Shown here: positions 42,442 through 53,282 of the stretch, piece after piece
How positions within the stretch are numbered: the stretch's first letter is position 1
Layout: every line of letters begins with the position of its first letter
Assembly (NCBI GenBank): GCA_013239625.1
Contig: MU055600.1
Location: forward strand, 12,749,010 to 12,813,009
DNA: 64,000 bases
Source: Lama guanicoe
Lineage: Eukaryota
Reading direction: 5' to 3'
Position numbers and translations under genes: made by a program
The notes under the pieces: model-generated
The model's input: only the letters and a program-made list of their open reading frames with translations
What the model was told of the DNA's origin: nothing
The model's database searches: none

Positions 42442-42579
42442 TTTTAGCATAAATACTTTTTAGTACTAAGCTAGTTAATCCTTAGGTATAAATGAACTTC
42501 TAATTTTTAAAGTCTATACAACAAGTATACTCCATTAGAAACGGCCAGCTGCTATTTAATGTTAAAATAATATATCTGA

Positions 42580-43040
42580 ACAGGGAGGAGGACAAGAATC
42601 AACTGGGAAGAGGCATAAAGGAATTTCTTGGGTATTGGTACTTTTCTGTAAGTCAGGAGGGGCTTGCATTATACCAGTGTATACTTTTGTTAAACTCACT
42701 GAATGGTACATTAAGATGTGTTTCAGTCTATGTAAATTCTACCTCAAAAGGGAAAAAAAAGATCTATAAAAAATGTTGACCTCTAGCTAATGATACGCAT
42801 GCTGAAGTGTCTAGGAGTAAATTATGATGGTTGCAACTTACTTTGAAATGCATTAAATTAAGATGGACTGCTGTATGGACAGAGGGATGGATATATGAAC
42901 AAACAGGTGATAAAGCAAGTAGAGTTCAATGTTAAGTGTAGAATCTAGGTGGTAGATAGATGGATATGAGTGTTCACTGTACAATTCTTTTAATTTTTCT
43001 ATATGTTTGAAATTTTTCATGATAAAATATTGGACAAATA
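42580..43040 (+). mobile_element. Old L1M 3'UTR fragment
   Basis: Shares motifs with the L1 3' end at 19.5-19.9 kb (GTAGAATCTAGGTG, GCATGCT(G/A)AAGTG). Confidence 0.7.
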
Positions 43041-43994
43041 ACAAATCTACTGAAGAGTTGAAAATTTTAAATAGTGTAGTGATACAGAAGAAAAGTTAGA
43101 AATTCAAAAAGGAAAAAAGGTAGGAACATTCAAGTATCACTGCATAGTGCTTTTACATACACTAAATCTGTGAAGTGAGAACTGTCCCTATTTTGCAGAC
43201 TAGTAAGCTGAAATTTAAGATTACAGAACATCCCCAAAGTTACAGAGTGTGAAGCCCAGCCCCAAACTGAAACCAACCCGACCAAATTTACCAGCTGTCT
43301 GAATCCTCTTGGCTCACATTCCTCACAAGGGGATTTCTAAGAACAAACAAATGTCTCCTCTATAGCAGAGAATTCACTTCTCCATTCCACATGGACCAGC
43401 TCTGACTGGTAGAAAGCTCCTCCCCACAGTCTGAAGAAATCTGTCTCCCCCATGTTTTTCCTCTTATGTTTGATTCCTTGTGGCTGTGTAGAATTCCAAC
43501 ATGATCACCCTTCACATCAAGCAACAGTATTTGAAAGGTGAGTTAAGTAGGATTTTTTTCCCAGTAAGTATTTTATAACATCATCATCTACAAACTTATA
43601 GCTAGATATAAAATGGGGATGTTTCATAGAATTGGGATAAAACTAAAACAAGAACATTAAAGCATACAACTGTAACTAAGAGTAGGGACTGAAATATCTT
43701 TTCCTTCCTTTTCTAACCTGTATCTTTATTTGGAAATTGCAACATGAGACTCACTGTAAAATATTTAAAAAAAATTAAGAGATGTAGGTTCTTGCCTTGA
43801 GGAGCTCATGTTAAATGTGAACATAGAATTTTCTTTCCTGAGTTTATGGTATCTTACCTAACAACCTAACTGGTTTTATTTCCTCATTTTTTCCCCATTT
43901 TGCCTTGGTTTGGAAATATGATCTCTAGGAATTTTATATACAATTAAAAGCACAAGTAGAACCCCTTCTGAGCTCTTTTTAAAAAAAATAACTC

Positions 43995-44275
43995 AAATTT
44001 ATTTATTTATTTATTTTTATGTTTAATTAAAATATAGTCAGTTTACAATGTTGTGTCAATTTCTGGTGTACAGCATAATGTTTCAGTCATACATATAGAT
44101 ACATATATTCTTTTTCATTACTGTAAGATTACTATAAGATCTATAAGATTGAATGTAGTTACTATAAGATTGAATGTAGTTCCCTGTGCTATACAGTAGA
44201 AGCCTGTTTATTTTATTATACACAGTAGTTGGAATCTGCAAATCTCGGAACTCCCAATTTATCCCTTCCCACCCC
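43995..44275 (-). mobile_element. Short 3' end of a lineage-specific L1
   Basis: (TTTA)n tail followed by GTTTACAATGTTGTGTCAATTTCTGGTGTACAGC...TCCCTGTGCTATACAGTAG; contains local CTATAAGATTGAATGTAGTT duplications. Confidence 0.75.
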
Positions 44276-46046
44276 TGAAGGACTTTTTTGTTTTAAAATT
44301 ACTACAGGTGGCCAACCTACGAAAGCAACACAGTAATGAAATTTTAAGTCTATTTTCTTTGACTCTCAGGAGATATTTTTTCAAAGGTAAGATTAAAGAA
44401 AGCCATTGTGTTACCACTTTTCACTATGTATAAACATATGTGCCCTATAGCTGTTTACTTCCTACTTGACAAGTATATTCAAGGGATTCCCTAAAGGACT
44501 CCTAAAGTCACAAATCTTGTCCCTTTAAGCAGTATGGCACTACAGTATGAAAAATAACCCGTTATTCTACCATGAAAACTTTGCCTTATTTAAGAACATC
44601 CTACAGTTCAGATGTGGAGAAAAGTTATTTGCACAGCCTCATAGAATCTGAATAAGACTTGTACCCCTTGAAATCGTTGGTTGTTAGTGTTGGAAGGAAT
44701 CGGGAAATGATCATTTCATAGTTGCAGAAATGGGTATTCAGGCAGCTGAGATGATTAGCCCATAACAGAGCCCAGACCAGATGCCAGGTCCCCCAATTCC
44801 TGACCCAGCGTTCTTTCCATTTTACAGTCATGACAAACTAAAAAAAAGTGATTATGTCCACCCATTACTTCAACTTCACTAAATTTCAGTCTGGCCACCC
44901 ATGATGTCACTTCCTTTTGTGAATAGGTGTATTCTGAGGTGGGGAGAAGGGGGGTCTTGGTATCTTCACTTGCACATAATACAACATTTTAGAGCTTGCA
45001 CTCATATTTATGCCACTGTTTCCCATGTTCTATTTCTTAGGGATACCAATATAGTCTTCAAGATGCTCTGACCCTCCTTTTCACTGTATTTTTTATTTCA
45101 AACAATTACCTGCCAACTATTACAAAATTAAAAGGAATTTATTCTAAAACACAAAGCACACATGCTAGCAAAGGGCCTAATAAAAATTTTAAATGTTATG
45201 TATTACACGCAGATGCTTTCTAGAGAAAGAACCCAGCGACAACCTTGCTACATAGGAAGAAGAGAGCTATTGTGGACTGTTGTGGGAGGCCAAGGATAAG
45301 GTCTGGGATCCGACCTAAAACAAATATGGAGGTGAAAAGGCACGAGGAGCTTCCTGGACCCACCAGCCAGTGCCAGGCTGCAAGCTCCCGGCTATCTGGT
45401 GCTGGTTTAAAAGAACCAAGGGCACCAGGGATGTACGTACCCCAGGACAATGATAGGGCAGGCAGAGTACCCAGAATCGCGCTCAGGGAAAACTCAACAA
45501 GTCTGGATGGCGAAGGATGCACCGAGAGAGGGATGAATGACTGCCAAAAGGCTCCTGCTGGCTCCGAATGACCACTACCCCTTTCCAGGATTTGCCGCCG
45601 CGGGCACCCGCCGGCTCGCGGACAGCCATTTGCACTACGCTCCCCTACGTGCCCCGACGTTCGCCCGGGACCCGCGGTGCCTACCAACGACCCTGCCCAG
45701 AGCGGTGCCTCCACCCCAGGCCCGCTTCCCGGCGGCGCGGGCTCCGGGTCACCACCCGCTTTCCGGGAGGAAGGCAGCGGCGGGCCTGCCGGGGCCAGAG
45801 CCGCCTTCGAAAGTGGGCGGAAGGATGGCCGCCCTCGCGGAGTGCGGGTGCGGCCCGGAACCCTCGCCTCCAGCGCGGCCCGGTCCTCTCTGCTCAGCGC
45901 CGCCTGCGCCCTTAGCCCCGGCCTCGGTCGGCCGCTCGCGGCGGGCTCCGAGCTCCGGGCTGAGGCGATGGGGAAAGGGGGCGGGCGCGCCATCATGAAG
46001 GGGAAAATGGTGGGCGGGCGGGCCCGCGCGCGGCCGCCGTACTCAC

Positions 46047-46130
46047 CCGGGCCGGCCAGTGCGGGTAGCCCTTCATCTTGGCGAAGACCAGGTCGCCCGC
46101 CTTGTACTCGCGGGGCCGCGGACGCGCCAT
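46047..46130 (-). CDS. HDGFL3: HDGFL3 coding exon 1 ([28 protein letters not shown]), start of HATH/PWWP domain
   Basis: ATG at 46130, 84 nt (28 codons), donor CGG|GTGAGT. The PHWP variant of PWWP marks the HDGF family, and the [14 protein letters not shown]-terminus matches HRP-3 as I recall it. Confidence 0.97.
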
Positions 46131-46828
46131 CCCGGCCGCTCCCCTTCCTGGTCGTCCTTGGGCGCCGCGAAGATGCCGGGAGGCCGCCCCCCCGCGGGCC
46201 GACGGACTGCGCCGCGCTCCCCGCGGGCCTCGAGCCGGGCTAGCGGGCAGACGAGCGGCCGCTCCGACGAGGGGAAGCGGCGAGGCGGCGGCAGAGGCGA
46301 GGGGTGGGCGGGGGGCGCAGCAGGCCGGGCACATCACCGCCCGGCAGCGGGGGAGGGGAGTCCCCGGCCGCTCGGCTCTCGCCCGCGCCGAGGTCCCCGC
46401 CGCCGCCGCGCGCGCTGCTCACAGGCGCCGCGTCGCCTGCCTCATGCCGCCGCCGCCGCCGCCGGCCTCCTTCCCGGGCTCCCGGGCGCGGCGCGAGCGC
46501 CGGGCCTCGCGCCTCCTCCGAATTCGTCCTCGGGCAGCGACCGCAAACACGATCTTATTATTGTTCTCGCGCGCGCTCAGCATCCCCCCCTCCCCGCTTC
46601 CCGCTCCCCTCCCCTCCCCTTCCGCGCCGGCCGGTTAATTCCTAGGTACACGGCCGGCTTTCGCGGAGAAATCGAGCGCGCTAGCCCGGCTGCTCGGCGG
46701 GCGGGCGGGCGGTGGGTGCGTCCTCCCCCAGCACCGAAGCCCGAGCCGGGCGGGCGGGAGCGCCTACTCCGGAGGCCGCCCGCCGCCCGCTCTCTTTTGT
46801 TCTTGGCCCGGAGCTGCCAGCCGCAGCC

Positions 46829-46838
46829 CAGCCAATCA
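46829..46838 (+). promoter_or_regulatory. CCAAT box (NF-Y-type, CAGCCAATCA)
   Basis: Consensus match at the upstream edge of the CpG island near GC boxes; function inferred only. Confidence 0.45.
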
Positions 46839-47802
46839 CCACCTGGCCGCCCCCTCCCCTCCAGTCCGCGCCACACTGGAGGTGCTCCCACCAGCGCCCC
46901 CAGTCCCACGCCCATCTCCCGCTGACTGGGCTCCCGCCTGGTTCCCCACCCTGGGGCACTTCTACAGATGCTGTCGGGTGAGAGGGGCACAAAGGCGCTC
47001 CAGGCCAGGGACCCGCTGCTCAGAGCATCAGGCTGCTGGAAAGAGCACCCAGCTCTCTGGAGTCAGTGACCTTGTTGGGGTCTCACCCCAGGTCTGCCCT
47101 TGACAATTCAGTGTGACCCACCCAGGGCAAGCTATTTAACCGGAGTCACCAGATGTTTTCTAATTTGCCAAGCCTCACAGTCGGGATTTGAACACAGATC
47201 TCCACGACTCCGAAGTCCAAGCCGTTATGCTTTTCCATGTTTGGGGTCTTACAGGCCTGTAGTTTGTGAAAGGGACTTACTCTGGTAGGTCACTTGTTTA
47301 CAATCCTGGCAACATTTTGGACAAAGTTTTTTGAATGGCCCAATGAATGAATAAATGCGGCCTCTTTCATCATCCTGAAGCTCACCTTTAAGAGGTCAGC
47401 AGCTCTTGAGTGCAGGACTTTCTCTGGCCCTTATCTGGTCTCCTTGTTTGTGTCTATCCCCTCTTCTGGGCTTTCCTGCCCTCTCCCCCTTTTATAGAAG
47501 CTACAGTGTGTCCCATCCTCTGCCTCCCTCTCTTGCTCGGTAGAACTGTGCTTGTTTAACCCCTGCTCTTGTTCCTTTATGCTGGGCTTCTGATAATGGG
47601 GCTTTAAATTCTCTAGACTTACTGGGGATTGTTTACTTTAATTGTGCTTGACGTTGTCTACTAATACATTTCCTTACGACTTGAATCTGATAATTTGCCT
47701 TTTTAGATATTTACTCTTCCTCACCAGAACTACAGGTTCACCTCCTCTTTTCTCACTGTGGAAGGCTAGTCTAGGTTCTTTCGCCTCTTTTGCAATAGCC
47801 TA

Positions 47803-48123
47803 TGTCTGAGTCCCTTTGGGCTGCTATAACAGAATACTGTGGAACAACAGAAATTTATTTCTCACAGTTCTGGAGGCTGGGAGCTCCAAGATCAAGGCAT
47901 AGGCAATTTAGTTTTCTGGTGAGGGCCTGCTTCTTGGTTCACAGAAACAGTCTTTTTGTTGTGTTCTTACATGGAGTAAAGGGGAGGATATTGAGGGAAC
48001 TCTGAGATCTCTTTTATAAGGGCACTAATTCCATTCATGAGGGCTCCATCCCACTTCCAAATACATTGGGCATTAGGATTTAACATGAAATTTGGGAGGA
48101 CACAAACATTCAGTCTACAGCAG
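47803..48123 (-). mobile_element. MaLR LTR (MLT1A/MST-like)
   Basis: GGGCTGCTATAACAGAATAC...ATTTATTTCTCACAGTTCTGGAGGCTGG...GGACACAAACATTCAG. Confidence 0.8.
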
Positions 48124-48339
48124 CATGCTAATGTGTCACCCACTTCTAGGACTGCCATGTGTACCTGTCATCATGCCATCATGTCCTGCTTATGAACCTG
48201 CTTGTGAGTGGTTCCTATATCATCTTATGTCAAACCCAGATCCCTCTGATCAGCTGCCAAAGCCCTACCTGTTTCACTGCTCTTTCCATATGAGTCCTGC
48301 TTCCCTTTGGGCATAGATTAGAAATAGGGGAGAGGAGAG

Positions 48340-49330
48340 AAACGAGAGTGAGAAGACAGTCAGTTGGAAGCCATGGGAGGATTTTAAACAGGGACATGAT
48401 CATAATTTGGTTTAGACAGATTACTCTGGTGGCCAGTGGGAGGTGGATTTGAGGGCGAGAGTCCAGAGGGAGGAGTTCAGTTGAGGAAGGGGTGGCTCTC
48501 ACCGACAGAGAGAAGATAAGGGCTGAGATAGGGCTCGCTGACTCATTAGGTTGTAAGTAGCTAGGAAGATGGAGGAGTCAGAAACTATTCCCTGGTTTCT
48601 GGCTCAAGCAACGGGGTGATTAGTTTTGACATTCACTGAGATGAGGAAATCCATGAAGAATGGGCAGTTTGGGGATGAGATCATGAGTGGTTTTGTGTGT
48701 TGAGACTTCATAGGACAGCTAGAGGGTGATGGTTTAGTGGAGAGCTGAATATACAGCTTAAAGAAAGTGGTCGAGATAGAACATACAGATTTGAGTGATA
48801 TCAATAGTTAAGTGGTGATTGAAACCACTAGGGAGATTCCTAGGAGACTGTGTAGAAAGAAAAACAGTGGCAAGGATGGAGCCAGGTAACACCAACATTT
48901 AACGGTCATGCAGAACGAGGAGTGTGGTCCTGTTGGAACCAAAGAATTAAAGAATTTCCAGCAGGAGGGAAATGTCCAGATGCACACCACTGGGAGGTCA
49001 AGTAAGATGAGGAAGGAGATGGCTCCATTTAATCTGGCGGTTGAGAAGTATTTGGTGACCTTGTTGGGAACTGTGTCACTGAAATGGTGATGAGAAGGAA
49101 CCAGAGAGCAGTGGCTTGGGATCTGAGTGAGAGGTGAAAATATGGAGGCAGGAAGTGTAGACAGCTCATTTCCAGCAGTGAAGAAGCAGTAGCACGAAGG
49201 CATGGAGGGAGAGTTGTTCTGTTATGATTGTTTGGCTGGTTTTTATAGATTGGAGAAAACTGAGTTTGTTATGAGGAGAAGGAGCCAGTAGAGTGGTTGA
49301 AGACATAGTTCAAAGAGGGGACAACTGATG
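48340..49330 (-). mobile_element. L2 LINE fragment
   Basis: Purine-rich L2 body (GGTCAAGTAAGATGAGG, TTGGTGACCTTG). Confidence 0.7.
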
Positions 49331-50514
49331 GGATTTAGTTATATTGATAATGTGGTGACTTCTCCCAGTCTAGGCTTTGGTTTCTAATTGAGCCTTGGTC
49401 TGACTGCTCAGCACATATTTTTTACCTGCCTCTCATGTTCTATCAAGTCAGACTTAATAACACATGCACATGGGATCCTCCTTTAGGCTCCCTCTGACTG
49501 GTCACTGGGAATCTCCTAACGAACTTGGCTGAGAGCGCATCTGCCTCTGCAGCCAGGTTGAATGCAGACCACTTTGTCAACGCAGTTTTGCCAAGGATGA
49601 AGCATTGCCCTGTGGCTTTCACTGCAGGCAGAGTTTTCAGACTGGTTCCTCCGCATTTAAGCAAAGGATTGTTTCTGTGGCTATTCCAGAACAAGGCTCT
49701 ATTCAAATATTCAACAGATAATAAGTAACTCTTTAGAGATACCACTAAGACCATTAAAAGAGCCAGATGTATTTTATTTTAGTCAATATGGCTCCAAGAG
49801 CTGGTCTATTTGCTATGTCAAAATAGAACACATTAATTTTACTTGAAACTTGGAAAGAACTCCATTCACAAATGGTGGTAATATCAGCTTCCTTTGATCA
49901 CTTTTGATTTCACCATCCTCAAATCCCAATGGGCTACTACATCTCTCTGCCATTGGCTACCGAATCTGTTTTTTACCACTCCTCTTCTCACACACATCCA
50001 CACATTTTGTTGACCCTGTCCTTTTTTTACCTTCCCCTTTTATAACTTGGCTCAGCTTTCTGATAAAACTCTTAACAGTTCCTTCAAATCCTGTCCCCCA
50101 ATTCACCTATTCCATGATGCTTCAATTACCTAAAATCCATTCCTCCTCCCCAAATTATGTATGGGATGTAGAAAGTATTAAAGGCTTGAAGAATTAGCAA
50201 ATTTAGCTACCAGTTTTGCTGGTACCGTTTCATTATTTGTGTATATGCTGCTGAAGAGAGCATTGGATAAACAGTTAGCTTTCATTTCTTCATTGATTTA
50301 TTAAACAAATATTTGTTGAGTCCTGCCATGTGCCAGTCACTGTGCCAGGTCTAGGAGTCATGGAGAACAAGGAGGATGGTGAGAGAATCACAAACATGTC
50401 AGATGAAGCAGTGTTGCAGGAGTCCCAAGAGACTAGGGTATCAAACTACAACCATCTGAAGGGCTGCTGTGTTTAGGGAAGGATGTGGGAGAAATGATGC
50501 TTTGCTAGTTCTAG

Positions 50515-50897
50515 GCCTAGGCATTAAGAGGTGTAGCAGCTTCCGTTTTCACCCTCTGGGAGTACTGACCCACCTGTGTAAATAATTATAAATATCCTGC
50601 TGGTATGAGGGGGAGGGGGCACATGGAGAGAGACAGGCCCTGGGGAATGAAAGACTGCAGAGAGAGAGAGAGACACCCAGCCAGTCCCCAACTTTCCTGA
50701 TCCCCATAGTTGAGGTGCCAGATATGTGGAAGTCACTTTGGGTCCTCCAACCCCAGTGAAGCTACCTTAGCCAACATGGCACAAGCTATCCTTACTGAGC
50801 CTCATTCAAATTGCAGAATCACGTGCAAGTAAATGGTGGCAATTGTTTTAAGCCACAAAATTTTGAGATGGGTTGTTACATAGAAACAGATACCTGA
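50515..50897 (+). mobile_element. MaLR LTR (MLT1-type) fragment
   Basis: Ends TTGTTTTAAGCCACAAAATTTTGAGATGGGTTGTTACATAGAAACAGATAC. Confidence 0.7.
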
Positions 50898-50921
50898 AGC
50901 AGGGTTTAATAGCAGATTAGA

Positions 50922-52146
50922 ATTCTCTGACACAAATCGTAGCAATGTTTTCTTAGCTCAGTCTCCAAAGGCAATAGAAATAAAAGCAAAAATAAACAAA
51001 TGGGATTTAATCAAACTTATGAACTTTTGCTCAGCAAAGGAAACCATAAACAAGACGAAAAGATAACCTACAGACTGGGAGAAAATATTTGCAGATGATG
51101 TAACCGACAAGGGCTTAATTTCCAAAATATACGAACAGCTCATACAGCTCAATAACAAAAAAACCCCCAAACAACCCAATCGAAAAATGGGCAGAAGACC
51201 TAAATAGACGTTTCTCCAAAGAAGACACACAGATGGCCAATAGGCACATGAAAATATGCACAACATTGCTAATTATTAGAGAAATGCAAATCAAAACTAC
51301 AATGAGGTATCGCCTCACACCAATCAGACTGATCATCACTAAAAAGTCTACAAATATTAAATGCTGGAGAGGGTGTGGAGAAAAGGGAATGCTTCTACAC
51401 TGTTGGTGGGAATGTAAATTGGTGTATTTACTGTGGAGAATAGTATGGAGGTTGCTTAAAAAACTAAAAGTAGACTTACCATATGATCTAGCAATCCCAC
51501 TCCTGGGCATATATTCAGGGAAAACTCTAATTCAGAAAGATACATGGATCCAAATGTTCATAGCAACACTATTTGCAATAGCTAAGACATGGAAGCAAAC
51601 TCAATGTCCATCAACAGATGACTGGATAAAGAAGATTCCCATGCGTGCCCACACACACACATACACACACACAGATGAATATTACTCAGTCATGGAAAAG
51701 AATGAAATAATGCCATTTGCAGCAACATGGGTGGACCTAGAGATTATCATACTAGATGAAGTAAGTCACACAGAGAAAGGAAAATATCCCATCCTATCAC
51801 TTATATGTGGAATCTAAAAAAATGATACAAATGAACTTATTTACAAAACAGAAACAGACTCACAGACATAGAAAACAAACTTCAGGTTACCAAAGAGGAA
51901 AGAGGCGGAGGGATAAATTAGGAATTTGGGATGAGCAGATACATACTACTATATATAAAATAGATAAACAATAAGGTCCTACTGCATAGCATAGGGAACT
52001 ATATTCAATGCCTTGTAATAAACGATAATGGAAAAGAATCTGAAAAAGAATCTATCTATCTATCTGTCTATCTATAAACTGAATCACTTTTCTGTATACC
52101 AGAAACTAACACAGTATTGTAAATTAAATATGCTTCAATTAAAAAA
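50922..52146 (+). mobile_element. 5'-truncated young L1 with intact ORF2 C-terminal segment
   Basis: ORF 51233..51817 (194 aa, [24 protein letters not shown]), 3'UTR, and a perfect 15-bp TSD TAATAGCAGATTAGA at 50907-50921 and 52147-52161. Confidence 0.95.
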
Positions 52147-52490
52147 TAATAGCAGATTAGATACAGCTAAAGAGAGCTAGTGATCTGGAAGATAGGTCAA
52201 GGGGAAAAATATTCAGACTTAAGCCCAGAGAGATAAAAGGAAGGGAAAAAACCGAAAAGAATGTAGTATAGTCACACTAGCTTTCTACTAGTTAATATTT
52301 GTAAAGTATTTTCTTTTTATAAGATATGTTGAGGAAGTCTAATATGAAGTCTCAAATGTTGAGGAAAGAAAGAGAATGGGATAGAAGCAATATTTGAAGC
52401 CACATGGCCAAGAATTTTCTAAAACTGATTAAAGTGAACAAGCCATGGATTAAAAAGTATTTTGGATACCAAAATGATGAATTACTTGGG

Positions 52491-52491
<1 letters not shown>

Positions 52492-52526
<35 letters not shown>

Positions 52527-52541
52527 AGAGAGAGAGAGAGA
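52492..52541. repeat. Compound (TA)n(GA)n microsatellite
   Basis: Read directly from the sequence. Confidence 0.9.
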
Positions 52542-53053
52542 AGTTAAAATGCACAAAAAGTGAGACAAGGTAAACGGAGTAAAAGGAGCCTAGGTCATAA
52601 GATAATACAGAAAGTGACAAAAGCACTAATATATTACATTTTAATAAGTTGAGGGTTCATGTCATGATCTCTAGGATAAGAACTAAAAGAATAATACAAG
52701 AATTCTCAACTAATGGGTGGAATAACAAAATAGTAAAATAATACAGAACCCAAAAAGGTAAGAAAGGAGAGAAAAAGGACATAAAACAGTGGATTAAATA
52801 GTCATATGGCAGATTTTAACCCAAACACATCAGTGATCACATTAAAGGTAAGAGGAACAAATACTCATAGATTGTCAGACTGAATTAAAAAGACAGTCAA
52901 TCTTATGCTTACAATAACTTAAGTAAGGTTATTGAAAGATTGAAAGTAAAATGACTCACAACAACAAAAAGAAAACCTTGCAAATACCAATAGAAACTGG
53001 CTTTACTAACATTAGACAAAATAGACTTTACAGCCCAAAGCATTACTATAGAT

Positions 53054-53282
53054 GAGTGGCTCTCAACCAAGAGCAATTTTGCCCCCCAGTGGACATTTGG
53101 CAATGTCTAGACAGATTTTTGATTGTCATGACTGGGGTGGGGATGCTACTGGCATCTAGTGGGTAGGGAACAAGGGTACTGCTAAACATCCTACAGTGCA
53201 CAAGACAGCACCCCCTACACCTACCCAATAAAGAATTATCCTGCCCAATATGTCAATAGCACCACAGTTGAGAAATGCTGCT
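53054..53282 (+). mobile_element. MER20 hAT MITE nested in L1
   Basis: AGTGGCTCTCAACC...TTTTGCCCCCCAGTGGACATTTGGCAATGTCT...GTTGAGAAA. Confidence 0.85.

Larger units (their letters stand above)
45590..46930. promoter_or_regulatory. CpG island / HDGFL3 promoter, 5'UTR and 5' end of intron 1
   Basis: Very GC- and CpG-rich block in an AT-rich background, spanning exon 1, with multiple GGGCGG boxes. Confidence 0.93.

Noticed and set aside
19500..43040. Similarity between 19.5-19.9 kb and 42.6-43.0 kb as a segmental duplication
   Set aside because: Similarity is confined to a shared L1 3'UTR family; the flanks differ.
44120..44182. Short direct repeats (also 22007-22052 and 61127-61170) as CRISPR-like arrays
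   Set aside because: Only 2-3 adjacent copies with no spacers; these are slippage duplications in a eukaryotic genome.
45220..47103. Many long overlapping ORFs in the CpG island (e.g. 258 aa at 45220..45996, 288 aa at 46059..46925)
   Set aside because: Pro/Arg/Gly/Ala-rich in all frames, as expected from stop-codon depletion at high GC; no recognisable domain. The MMARP start at 45996 echoing MARPRP looks coincidental.
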